A DNA stretch of 40,549 nucleotides from Candidatus Moraniibacteriota bacterium (GTDB lineage Bacteria; Patescibacteriota; Minisyncoccia; Moranbacterales; UBA2206): NCBI GenBank assembly GCA_037132035.1, contig JBAXPY010000002.1, forward strand, positions 1 through 40,549, read 5' to 3'. This document shows, in pieces, positions 31,904 through 39,923 of the stretch. Made by a program: the position numbers and the translations under genes. The notes below the pieces were generated by a model that was not told the origin of the DNA, did not search any database, and saw nothing but the letters and a program-made list of their open reading frames with translations. Position 1 is the stretch's first letter; the number at the start of each line of letters is the position of its first letter.

Positions 31904-33073
31904 TTAGTTTTTCTTAAGCTTCAATTTCACCGAATTAGCAAAACTCATCATATCCGAATCAAAAGTATATTTAAATTTATTCTTTTCTCTATGCCGCTCA
32001 ACTGCGAAATCAATTAGTTTTTTCAAAAGCGCGTCAAGCTCGAGACCGCTGGCTTTCCAAAGATGATGATAGACCGTGCCTGGCATTGGATTGATCTCAT
32101 TGGCATAGACTTTTTTGGACGCTGTGTCATAGAGAAAATCAACGCGCGCGATCCCACTCGCTCCCACACCTAAGTATATTTCCTTGGCCAACTCTTGCAC
32201 ATTTTTTGTCGTGTCTTCATCTAGTCTTGCTGGAATCACAAGGCTATCCGTCGCGTTCCCCAATTGCGCTCCACCATCCACTAAATATTTCTCTTTGAAA
32301 TCAAACAACTCACTTTCAAAAACTGATTCTTGAATAAGCGAAGCCTTGAGCTCGTCATTGCCAATCACGCAACAAGTAATATCCATCAAATTCTCCACCC
32401 CTTCTTCCACTAAAACTTTCTCGCCATAATGCAGTGCCACTTCAATTGCAAATTCCAATTCCTTGTCATCCTTCGCCTTGGAAATTCCAATTGATGATCC
32501 AAGCTTCGGCGGTTTCACGAACAACGGATAGCGCAAAGCATTTTTGATGTTGGCAATAATTTCTGTTCGGTTCTTATCCCAATCCTTTTTGCTAAAAAAC
32601 ATAAAATTGGCCGTGGCAGTTCCCGTACTCTTGTAATAGGTTTTGGTAAGAATTTTATCATAGGCAATGGCCGAAGACGCGACGTCACAACCGACATAGG
32701 GGAGATTGCAAAGCTCAAACATGCCCTGAATCGTGCCATCCTCACCATTGGATCCATGGAAAGCCGGAAAAGCCAAATCAATTTCAATTGCCTGACCCAT
32801 AAAACCTTTCTTTTGAAAAACCATTTTCCCTTGAGATTTTTCCAAATCCAGCGAGACCTTGGAAAATTCCAAAAGTTTTTTGTCTTTCTGGGAATCTTGA
32901 AAAAATTTTAGAGTTCCCAACTCCTGCGAAACATACCACTCGCCATTTTTTCCTAAGTATATCGGCACAACATTATGCTGCATTTTTTTCAGTTCTGAGA
33001 TGATAAGTTGTCCGGTGATGATTGAAACATCATGCTCCGGACTTTTTCCTCCAAAGAATACTCCGATGTTCAT
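31904..33073 (-). CDS. ddl: D-alanine--D-alanine ligase
   Basis: MNIGVFFGGKSPEHDVSIITG..., SNGEDGTIQG, ATP-grasp segments and a C-terminal NEINPMPG motif. Confidence 0.85.
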   Translation of the reverse strand: MNIGVFFGGKSPEHDVSIITGQLIISELKKMQHNVVPIYLGKNGEWYVSQELGTLKFFQDSQKDKKLLEFSKVSLDLEKSQGKMVFQKKGFMGQAIEIDLAFPAFHGSNGEDGTIQGMFELCNLPYVGCDVASSAIAYDKILTKTYYKSTGTATANFMFFSKKDWDKNRTEIIANIKNALRYPLFVKPPKLGSSIGISKAKDDKELEFAIEVALHYGEKVLVEEGVENLMDITCCVIGNDELKASLIQESVFESELFDFKEKYLVDGGAQLGNATDSLVIPARLDEDTTKNVQELAKEIYLGVGASGIARVDFLYDTASKKVYANEINPMPGTVYHHLWKASGLELDALLKKLIDFAVERHREKNKFKYTFDSDMMSFANSVKLKLKKN

Positions 33074-33280
33074 ATGATAAACTGTTAAATTATTATATTT
33101 TCTAAATTGCCAAACATTTCTTTCTGAAATTTCACGACTTGCGTGTTTGCCTGAAAAAAGTTCGCACGTTCGTCTCTCTTAGCATCCGAGACATCCAGTA
33201 GACCAGCAAGAAATAAATAATGTGAGGAAGCCATGCTCTTGAGAATTTTTTTCGGGTAAACGCGTAAGTCTCCCATTAAG

Positions 33281-34654
33281 CTAAAAATAATTATCCGGCA
33301 GATCATTTTGAAAAATAATCGCGTCACCGCTTTTCACAACATTCGAAAGATCGGCGTGTGCTTCTTGAGATGATGAGTAGACTCTATACTCCTTAAATCC
33401 CTTCTCCTTGAGTCCTTTAGTAATATAACCAGAATTGGGGCTTTTTATCAAGAGAACTAAATCTACTCCCAAATCCGCATACAGCCGACCAATCTTTTCA
33501 TGAACTTCAACGCTTTTTTCACCCAGCTCCACTAGTCCCGGGGTAAGTACAATTTTGCGCCCAAGCGCCCTTTTTAGCACTTCAACTCCACTCACAATAC
33601 CAGCATAATTTCCATTATAGCTATCATCAATCACCCAAACTTTCGTCATTTCGTTATAAATTGGTTCCAAGCGATGGGGCACATATTCAATCTTTCCTAT
33701 TCCCCGCGAAATCTCACTCGTAGCCATGCCCAATTTTTGCGCCACGCGATAGGCCATAAGAATTAGCGTTATGCTATGCTGTGCCAAAAGTTTTGTTCGA
33801 AAAGTTGCTCCGTCTATTTCAAATTCTAACCCGCCAAAATTATCCAAAACTCTAACATTTTTCACATCATTTTTTGAAACTCCCTGGGAATCCTTTAGTT
33901 TAAAACGTGCATAATTTTTCAAAACATTTTCATCATCGAAATTAAGCGTAACCGTTTTTTTTGAAGCTTCCGGCAGTTCAAATTTTGCGTAAATGATATT
34001 TTCCATACTCCCAAATCTTTCCAAGTGTGCTTCATTTATCCCAGTGAGAATAGCATAATCCGGCTCAACCAACTCACAAAGCTTTTTAATCTCCCCTCTT
34101 TTGTATGCCCCCATTTCCACAATAAAAATTTCGTTATCCAAAAATATTTTGGGATTTTTTAAAATAAAATCCGCGATTCCGATGTCAGTGTTTATGTTTT
34201 CCGAGAGTCTTATTACGCGAAATTTTTCACTGAGAATTGATGATAAAATTTCCCGAGTTGAAGTTTTCCCATAACTTCCTGTTATTCCAACCACGGTGAG
34301 ATTTTTTCGATTTTCCCGCAAAAACTTTTGCGCTTTTTCGAAAAGTTGCCTTTTTAAAAAACAATCAATTGGCTCAATAATCCAAAGTGCGGCAATAATA
34401 ACGATTGGAACAAGCGGGATCATGACCCCAAAAGACAGAACTCCCCATGTGCCAAAAATTCCGACTGAAAGCAAAAACATGACGATTAGCATCAGCGCCG
34501 TAAGCACATAAATTAACCGAGCTTTTTTGGTCCAAACTAAATGCGCTCTTTTTTCCAATTTCCACCACGCGAAATGCGAATAAGCAAATTGCAAAAATTT
34601 ATTGCCATCGTAAAGTTCAGACTGAAGGATGTAAATTAGATTTCGGATGATCAT
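33281..34654 (-). CDS. murF: MurF-like UDP-MurNAc-peptide ligase with the N-terminal domain replaced by about 3 TM helices
   Basis: GITGSYGKTSTRE P-loop. ENINTDIGIADFIL, VEMGAYKRGEIKKLCELVEPDYAILTGINEAHLERFGS and VIDDSYNGN...LTPGLVELGEKS are present. The first ~100 aa are hydrophobic helices. Confidence 0.7.
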   Translation of the reverse strand: MIIRNLIYILQSELYDGNKFLQFAYSHFAWWKLEKRAHLVWTKKARLIYVLTALMLIVMFLLSVGIFGTWGVLSFGVMIPLVPIVIIAALWIIEPIDCFLKRQLFEKAQKFLRENRKNLTVVGITGSYGKTSTREILSSILSEKFRVIRLSENINTDIGIADFILKNPKIFLDNEIFIVEMGAYKRGEIKKLCELVEPDYAILTGINEAHLERFGSMENIIYAKFELPEASKKTVTLNFDDENVLKNYARFKLKDSQGVSKNDVKNVRVLDNFGGLEFEIDGATFRTKLLAQHSITLILMAYRVAQKLGMATSEISRGIGKIEYVPHRLEPIYNEMTKVWVIDDSYNGNYAGIVSGVEVLKRALGRKIVLTPGLVELGEKSVEVHEKIGRLYADLGVDLVLLIKSPNSGYITKGLKEKGFKEYRVYSSSQEAHADLSNVVKSGDAIIFQNDLPDNYF

Positions 34655-34667
34655 TTTATATTTTGAG

Positions 34668-34870
34668 AAGCGGACAGTCCGCTTGCAATCTTAATTCTCG
34701 TTATCATATAAGATGAATAAAAAACCATATCTCGTAGCGGACTGTCCAATGGAAAGGCTACTGGAAAATTACTCATTGCACCCTCCCTCTTTGGAAAAGG
34801 AGGATTCAAAAAACTATCGAATACTATTAGCTTTTCAAGTCACTCCTAACCTCCCTTTACCAAAGGGAGG
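34668..34870. repeat. intergenic palindromes and hairpins
   Basis: AAGCGGACAGTCCGCTT (34668-34684) with a second half-copy AGCGGACTGTCC (34736-34747). CCTCCCTTT-ACC-AAAGGGAGG (34850-34870), plus a degenerate copy at about 34784-34804. Confidence 0.65.
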
Positions 34871-34873
34871 AAT

Positions 34874-35635
34874 TCACATTTCTTTGGAAAAAATCGCCAT
34901 AAATTCCTGCGGCTGATCAATAAATGAAAAATGCCCAGCATTAGAAATCACAAACAATTTTGATCCAACCATCTTTTCTCGCATGAGCTTGGCCTGCCAA
35001 AGTGGCGTATCTTGATCTTTTTCGCCCCAAATAAGCACGGTTTCGGTTTTCACTTTTGATAAATCATCAGTCAAGTCTTCGCGGATAATTTTCTTGTAAC
35101 TCTCGGCCATCTTCCCCGCTTCAATATAATCAACTGAATTAATTGCTGAGTAGAATTTTTTTCTGATGTTATCTTTAAAAATATTCAATCCTGGCAGCAA
35201 AAAAATCACTTTAAAAATCTTTGTGATAATTTTGTATGCAAATATTTTTAGCCCCCTTTTCCTGATTCCTGATGAATCGATGAGAATGGCTTTTTTCGCC
35301 ATTCCGCCAACAGAAAGATATTTAATAATAATACTCCCCCCAACAGAATGACCCACGAGAATGGGATTTTTAATTTCCAACTTAAGAAGAAAACTATCCA
35401 AAAAACCCGAAAACTCCGTCACGCCCCAGGGAGATGCCGGCAAATCACTTCCGCCAAAACCCGGCAAATCCAGCGCGATAAAACTGGACAAATTCGCAAA
35501 GATAGTTTGCAGGTGCGCTGCTCTTGAGCCCCAACCGTGAAGAAAAACAACAACCCTCTCTTTTTCTAAGTCATCACTTTGAAAATAGTTAATATTCAGA
35601 CCCTCAATAATTACTTGTTTTTCTAGCATAGTCAT
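34874..35635 (-). CDS. alpha/beta-fold hydrolase
   Basis: The HGWGS oxyanion region, the nucleophile elbow GHSVGG, and a C-terminal ...NAGHFSFIDQP (catalytic His). Confidence 0.8.
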   Translation of the reverse strand: MTMLEKQVIIEGLNINYFQSDDLEKERVVVFLHGWGSRAAHLQTIFANLSSFIALDLPGFGGSDLPASPWGVTEFSGFLDSFLLKLEIKNPILVGHSVGGSIIIKYLSVGGMAKKAILIDSSGIRKRGLKIFAYKIITKIFKVIFLLPGLNIFKDNIRKKFYSAINSVDYIEAGKMAESYKKIIREDLTDDLSKVKTETVLIWGEKDQDTPLWQAKLMREKMVGSKLFVISNAGHFSFIDQPQEFMAIFSKEM

Positions 35636-35670
35636 TTATTTTAATACTACCATTCTACCACTCAACCAAA

Positions 35671-35699
35671 CTAAAATCCACCCCATTTCAATGGAGTGG
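35671..35699 (-). terminator. rho-independent terminator
   Basis: On the minus strand: CCACTCCAT-TGAA-ATGGGGTGG (9 bp with one G:U), followed by ATTTTAGTTT. Confidence 0.55.
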
Positions 35700-35727
35700 A
35701 TTCAAATTACCTCTTTTGCCAGAAACG

Positions 35728-36576
35728 CTACTCCTCAGCTGGAACATCTACTGATCCATCAGGGAAAGCAGCTTTAAGTGCTGTTCGCGCCGGCTCCATA
35801 GTTGCCTTATATGCATTACGTGCTGCCTCAAAAGCAGTTTTCCGCGCTACAATCAAGGGCTCAATCGAAACTTTAAGTTTGGCGTTCGATTCCCTGTCGC
35901 TCTTGAATTTCTCCCTTGCTGTTTTCAAACTCGCTCGCAGAGTTTCCTTGACCGCCCCTACCTCAACACCTGCACCACAGTCAGTTTTTGCTTTTCCAAA
36001 AGCTGCTGAAATAGAATTTTTAAAAGTTGCCACTACAGCATCCATCCCAGATTGCTTTGTGCTCACAGCACTTTGCACACCGGTTTGGAAAGTTTTTCTT
36101 GCTGCATCAACCGCTGCGCGTCTTTTTGCCAAAGCTGTTTTTTGAGTTGCACTAAAAGTATTTATAGCTGTTTTTTGCGCGTCAGTAATGCCCGGCTTGG
36201 ACAATAAGTCAGCCATTTTTTTCGCCATTTCCGCCTCAGCTTTGGCTCTAATTTCAGCGAGACGTGCATCATTAGCTACCATTTTTTCCGTCCACTTATT
36301 TTTTCGCTCATCTTTCTTTGACTTTATACTAGTTCCTTTTTGCTCCCAATTCTCCAAAAATTTTCCACCTTTTTCCTCAATTGCCGTGCAGAAGTTTCCA
36401 TTACTTTTTTCATTGACCTTAGTCTTCACTTCTTCTCTCGTCGGTTTCTCTCCGTTTTGCCCAGCTTGGGCAAAAGCTTCCGACAACGGTAAGAAAGTTG
36501 CCACAATAAGCAAAACCAGCGCGCTGGTCGCCGTTTTTTTAAAGATTATTTTCATCATATGAGTTGGATAAATCAT
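35728..36576 (-). CDS. secreted Ala/Lys-rich alpha-helical protein
   Basis: Signal peptide KKTATSALVLLIVATFLPLSEAFA-QAG. The rest is a low-complexity helical repeat-like sequence (AKTAxxxAxKxF...). AGGAGA lies 3 nt before ATG 36576. Confidence 0.6.
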   Translation of the reverse strand: MIYPTHMMKIIFKKTATSALVLLIVATFLPLSEAFAQAGQNGEKPTREEVKTKVNEKSNGNFCTAIEEKGGKFLENWEQKGTSIKSKKDERKNKWTEKMVANDARLAEIRAKAEAEMAKKMADLLSKPGITDAQKTAINTFSATQKTALAKRRAAVDAARKTFQTGVQSAVSTKQSGMDAVVATFKNSISAAFGKAKTDCGAGVEVGAVKETLRASLKTAREKFKSDRESNAKLKVSIEPLIVARKTAFEAARNAYKATMEPARTALKAAFPDGSVDVPAEE

Positions 36577-36859
36577 CTATCTCCTGATCAGATGGAAGTG
36601 CATCTTTTGCATCAGCTTCCTCTTGAGATAATAATGACTCTTCACTATCAGCGCTAGTGACGCTGTTGCTATTTAGATTTGTATTTTTCGTATTCGTCGT
36701 ATTTCCTGATGGAGTGTTAGTTTTCTGGTCCGTCTGATTTTTTTGTATTGGATTATTGCTCGTCTTGGGCGTTTCCGTTTTCGCTCCACAACCAGCCAAA
36801 AATACTAAGCCAAAAACCAGCACAGAAAGTGACATTACTTTTTTTATTTCTTTTCGCAT
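36539..36859 (-). CDS. lipoprotein (106 aa), T/N/S-rich
   Basis: Signal with lipobox VFLAGC. The mature part is disordered with an acidic C-terminus. Confidence 0.6.
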   Translation of the reverse strand: MRKEIKKVMSLSVLVFGLVFLAGCGAKTETPKTSNNPIQKNQTDQKTNTPSGNTTNTKNTNLNSNSVTSADSEESLLSQEEADAKDALPSDQEIDDLSNSYDENNL

Positions 36860-36932
36860 GGCAATTTAAGTTAAATTAATAATTAGAATGATTATTTTAG
36901 AGAAATCGACCATTCCCCTTTCATTTTCTTTT

Positions 36933-37508
36933 TTACTCGATACAACAATCAATTGCCTTTCTCACTAACTCTCGAAGCTTACCAGTAAAACCACTTGGAC
37001 TTCTATCATTTTTATTTAAAGCATTTTCTGGAATCTTCTCAATTCCCAAGCTTTGCCCCCTATCAATCCCACCCACCTCTTTAACGTCATCTGTTCCAAT
37101 TAATTTCATATTAAGCGCCCAAAACATGCCATAAAGATCGTACGACTTATGAAAAAGTTCTTGTGCCTCCTCCTTATTCCCCATTCCTTGTTGTTTGGTA
37201 CCCACTTCCATAAGCCGCATAGAAGCTGCCAGCAAGTGCTTTGAGATACACCAAACCTCACCTTCATATTCTTTGATAATTTTTCGCAAAAGTTCACCAC
37301 GCATCTTTCTCACTTCCTGCAATAAATCAAAATATTCATTCTTCCCAGTCTTCTCGGCTGTGAAGAAAAAATGCTCTTCAATGCTTATAAGATTCATAAT
37401 GGCAATCGACAAATCTTGGTCCGAGGAAAGATCCAATTTATCTTGCTTTTTCATCTGATCAATCTTCTCCACAAACTCATTAAGACTCCTGATTTTGTTT
37501 TCTTCCAT
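36933..37508 (-). CDS. hypothetical cytoplasmic protein (191 aa)
   Basis: Coherent helical ORF ending in CCIE. No recognisable family. Confidence 0.5.
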   Translation of the reverse strand: MEENKIRSLNEFVEKIDQMKKQDKLDLSSDQDLSIAIMNLISIEEHFFFTAEKTGKNEYFDLLQEVRKMRGELLRKIIKEYEGEVWCISKHLLAASMRLMEVGTKQQGMGNKEEAQELFHKSYDLYGMFWALNMKLIGTDDVKEVGGIDRGQSLGIEKIPENALNKNDRSPSGFTGKLRELVRKAIDCCIE

Positions 37509-37512
37509 AGAA

Positions 37513-38034
37513 TTATTTCGTTAAAAAATAAAAAACCACACTCAAAATTAATAACAATCCCACCGGCACAACCACTTTTTGAAAAGGAAAATAGACCTTA
37601 TTATCATTTTTTTTCTTGAGCTGAAAGTGCCACATTCCGCCAAAAAAGAAAACAGCGCTACCAAAAATTATGCCAAGAAGCAATTTGTCCACGCCCCAAA
37701 AGCTATGGTAAGCCTGGCCCATAAGGCCGGCGAAATAGAGTGGAATAATTGTAAGCAGATAATAGCCCGCATACACTGCCAGCACTTCTCCCTTGAAAAC
37801 TATTTTTTTCTTTTTAAGCCACTCCAAGGTCCAAGCAGAAATCGCCACAAGTAGCGCTCCAACCCAGAGACCAGTTACGGTGTCATCAATCCCCAGATAT
37901 TGCGAAAGCTCAAGTCCCGCTCCCACCGCTACTACGCAAACCGGGCAAAATGCGCCAGTCGGCAAAGCACCAAAAAGCAGACCAAAAAAAGAAACTATAT
38001 AAATAAACTTCTTAAGATATTTATTATGCGCCAT
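37513..38034 (-). CDS. polytopic membrane protein with a single CPVC motif at the outer end of TM1
   Basis: I start at M28 of the track ORF (MAHNKYLKKFIYIVSFFGLLFGALPTGAFCPVCVVAVGAG...). That start overlaps the upstream gene by 11 nt. The longer start would overlap it by 92 nt. Confidence 0.55.
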   Translation of the reverse strand: MAHNKYLKKFIYIVSFFGLLFGALPTGAFCPVCVVAVGAGLELSQYLGIDDTVTGLWVGALLVAISAWTLEWLKKKKIVFKGEVLAVYAGYYLLTIIPLYFAGLMGQAYHSFWGVDKLLLGIIFGSAVFFFGGMWHFQLKKKNDNKVYFPFQKVVVPVGLLLILSVVFYFLTK

Positions 38035-38386
38035 TTTTATCTTTGAAAAAATTAATAATTTCGTCCTGACCCAAGTAGCATTTTTCTGCAGTCCATAGAA
38101 ATGGCACAGCCCCAACAGAAGCTTTGTCTATTTTGCAATTCTGCTGTCTCTTTATCATCATATCAGCGTTAGCCTTATTATGATTCACTTCTCGCTCAGA
38201 AAAATTCACTTTCGCTTTGACATTATTATCCGCAATATATTTTTCTACCACTTTGCAGTGCGGACATTCTTCACCATAAAACAAGATGATTGCAGAATCA
38301 TCAGGCATAGCTGGCTGCTGACTTCCACAACCGCTAAAAACAAAAACGCCTAAAAACAAAAAAACACCAAAAATAATTTTTCTCAT
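38024..38386 (-). CDS. thioredoxin/glutaredoxin-fold lipoprotein with a CPHC active site
   Basis: MRKIIFGVFLFLGVFVFSGC has a lipobox. IILFYGEECPHCKVVEKYI ... GAVPFLW is a thioredoxin-fold pattern. The promoter position excludes the track's upstream ATG at 38422. Confidence 0.65.
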   Translation of the reverse strand: MRKIIFGVFLFLGVFVFSGCGSQQPAMPDDSAIILFYGEECPHCKVVEKYIADNNVKAKVNFSEREVNHNKANADMMIKRQQNCKIDKASVGAVPFLWTAEKCYLGQDEIINFFKDKNGA

Positions 38387-38424
38387 AAAAGTTACCCTAG
38401 GCCAATTAACTCCTAACTTCATAA

Positions 38425-38453
38425 ATTATACCAGCAGCCAGATTATCCTGCAA
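38425..38453 (-). promoter_or_regulatory. sigma70-type promoter
   Basis: On the minus strand: TTGCAG (38453-38448), 17 nt spacer, TATAAT (38430-38425). Confidence 0.55.
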
Positions 38454-38470
38454 ACTTTCAATTAAACACA

Positions 38471-38498
38471 AAAAAATAGCCCCGACTGCTCGGGACTA
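38471..38498 (-). terminator. rho-independent terminator after the RRM gene
   Basis: Stem TAG(C)CCCGA / TCGGG(A)CTA (38477-38498) with a CTGC loop. On the minus strand it is followed by T6 (38476-38471). Confidence 0.6.
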
Positions 38499-38528
38499 CT
38501 TTTTTTATCCACTAAGGGAAAAGAAATA

Positions 38529-38852
38529 CTAGTATCTCTTTGCTCCGCGGAAACCACCGTCATTGCCACCTGGTTTTCGGAAACCACCAGTTCTTGGTCT
38601 TTCCTCCATTGGGCGAGCTTCGTTAACAGTCAAAGTTCTTCCTTCGAACTCTTTTCCGTCAAACATTTCGACAGCTTTACCAGCTTCTTCATCAGAAGAC
38701 ATTTCAACAAAACCGAAACCTTTTGAACGACCAGACATTTTATCAGTGATGATAATTGCTGATGTAACGGCTCCAGCTTGAGAGAAATAATCCTTCAAGC
38801 CTTCTTGTGTTGTACTGTAGGAAAGTCCTCCTACGTATAATTTTTGTGCCAT
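38529..38852 (-). CDS. RRM-type RNA-binding protein with Gly/Arg-rich tail
   Basis: RNP-2 is LYVGGL and RNP-1 is KGFGFVEM. The start is taken at MAQKLYVGGL (38852). Confidence 0.85.
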   Translation of the reverse strand: MAQKLYVGGLSYSTTQEGLKDYFSQAGAVTSAIIITDKMSGRSKGFGFVEMSSDEEAGKAVEMFDGKEFEGRTLTVNEARPMEERPRTGGFRKPGGNDGGFRGAKRY

Positions 38853-38992
38853 GTTTTTTGCCTTATACTTAATTATCTTGCAAGCCGACCTTCTCACTTG
38901 AGCTTACTTCTCTTTGAAACTGACGTTTCAAGATCTTTTTCCTTAGATTCACATATAAGGCAAAACCTGCTGAGAAAACTTACAATAGAACT

Positions 38993-39021
38993 AGTATACA
39001 CCAGAATGAGAAAAAAATCAA
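38993..39021 (-). promoter_or_regulatory. promoter of the RRM gene, giving a 5' UTR of about 130 nt
   Basis: On the minus strand: TTGATT (39021-39016), 17 nt spacer, TATACT (38998-38993). Confidence 0.5.
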
Positions 39022-39148
39022 GGGGTTGGAGCATCCTTTCCCGCCAAAGACGTAGCGTCAATTTTTTGCCAGATTAGAGCCTTAATAGCTAGATCACACC
39101 CCAATCTTTGAAAATATAAGAAAAACATCAATATACTAGGAAAAGACA

Positions 39149-39913
39149 CTACGAGTATCTAAAGCGAAATAACGGCTCCATATATTCGTCACATTTTGCG
39201 CCATTTTTCGAAAAAAAGTCCTTGATTTCTTTTTTATTTTTTTCCAAAACAATCAACTTTTCAAATTCTGGCAGTTCTTTTTTGGCTCTAAGCTTTTTTT
39301 CAAAATTATCATATTTTTTCAAAAACTGTTCGCTATCTTCAGCCAATACCAATTCATAGATAAGTGATAATTTATTTGTCGGCCCACCTTCTTTTAAATA
39401 TTTTTTTTCAAAACTGCGAACTCGCCTCGCATCATTCAAATCAATTTCTAATTCTTCTAATAATTCCTTTTTGATACAGTGATCTGAGTCAAAAAAATTT
39501 CCTTGTAAATCATCACCATCAAATCCCCCACCACAAAGCTGAAAGATTCCACCTCTTGAAGTCCATTTTGCCATTTCTCCAAAAATAGTTTTGCCGTCTA
39601 ATGTCTCCACTAGACATGCCGGATGAATAATTCTTATTCCAAATCCATCCAAATGAGCATCAACATTTTGACAATACAGATAGTGCGCAAAGTCCGTTTT
39701 TTCTACCAGCACATGAACTACATCATTTTTTGCAGCAACAACAGTAACCGTGAACACATCCCCTCTAAAATAATTCTTTTTTCCGCTTGCTAGCAACATA
39801 TCCCAATAATCATCAATTTTTCGCTGAACACTATCTGCAAGCTCAACTTTCTTACCACTAAACTCAATGATCACGTTTGTACCACTTAATTCTGCTACTT
39901 TTGCTTGTTCCAT
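39149..39913 (-). CDS. hypothetical protein with a degenerate Nudix-box-like segment
   Basis: CGGGFDGDDL...CIKKELLEELEI resembles G.5E.7REU.EE.GU only in its second half. The start is taken at MEQAKVAEL (39913). Confidence 0.4.
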   Translation of the reverse strand: MEQAKVAELSGTNVIIEFSGKKVELADSVQRKIDDYWDMLLASGKKNYFRGDVFTVTVVAAKNDVVHVLVEKTDFAHYLYCQNVDAHLDGFGIRIIHPACLVETLDGKTIFGEMAKWTSRGGIFQLCGGGFDGDDLQGNFFDSDHCIKKELLEELEIDLNDARRVRSFEKKYLKEGGPTNKLSLIYELVLAEDSEQFLKKYDNFEKKLRAKKELPEFEKLIVLEKNKKEIKDFFSKNGAKCDEYMEPLFRFRYS

Positions 39914-39923
39914 AAATGTTTGA

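Noticed and set aside
33085-33327. 80-aa minus-strand ORF between murF-like and ddl
   Set aside because: It overlaps the murF-like 3' end by 47 nt. Its C-terminal third is the diverged copy of the ddl/aminotransferase junction. It is more likely a duplication remnant than a gene, and is kept only as a finding.
34713-34916. 67-aa plus-strand ORF
   Set aside because: It reads straight through the intergenic palindromes and hairpins (…PNLPLPKGGI…) and into the 3' end of the hydrolase gene on the opposite strand. This is a typical repeat-derived artefact.
35696-36562. 149-aa and 124-aa plus-strand ORFs
   Set aside because: They are antisense shadows of the Ala/Lys-rich secreted protein gene, whose GCN/AAR codons give open antisense frames.
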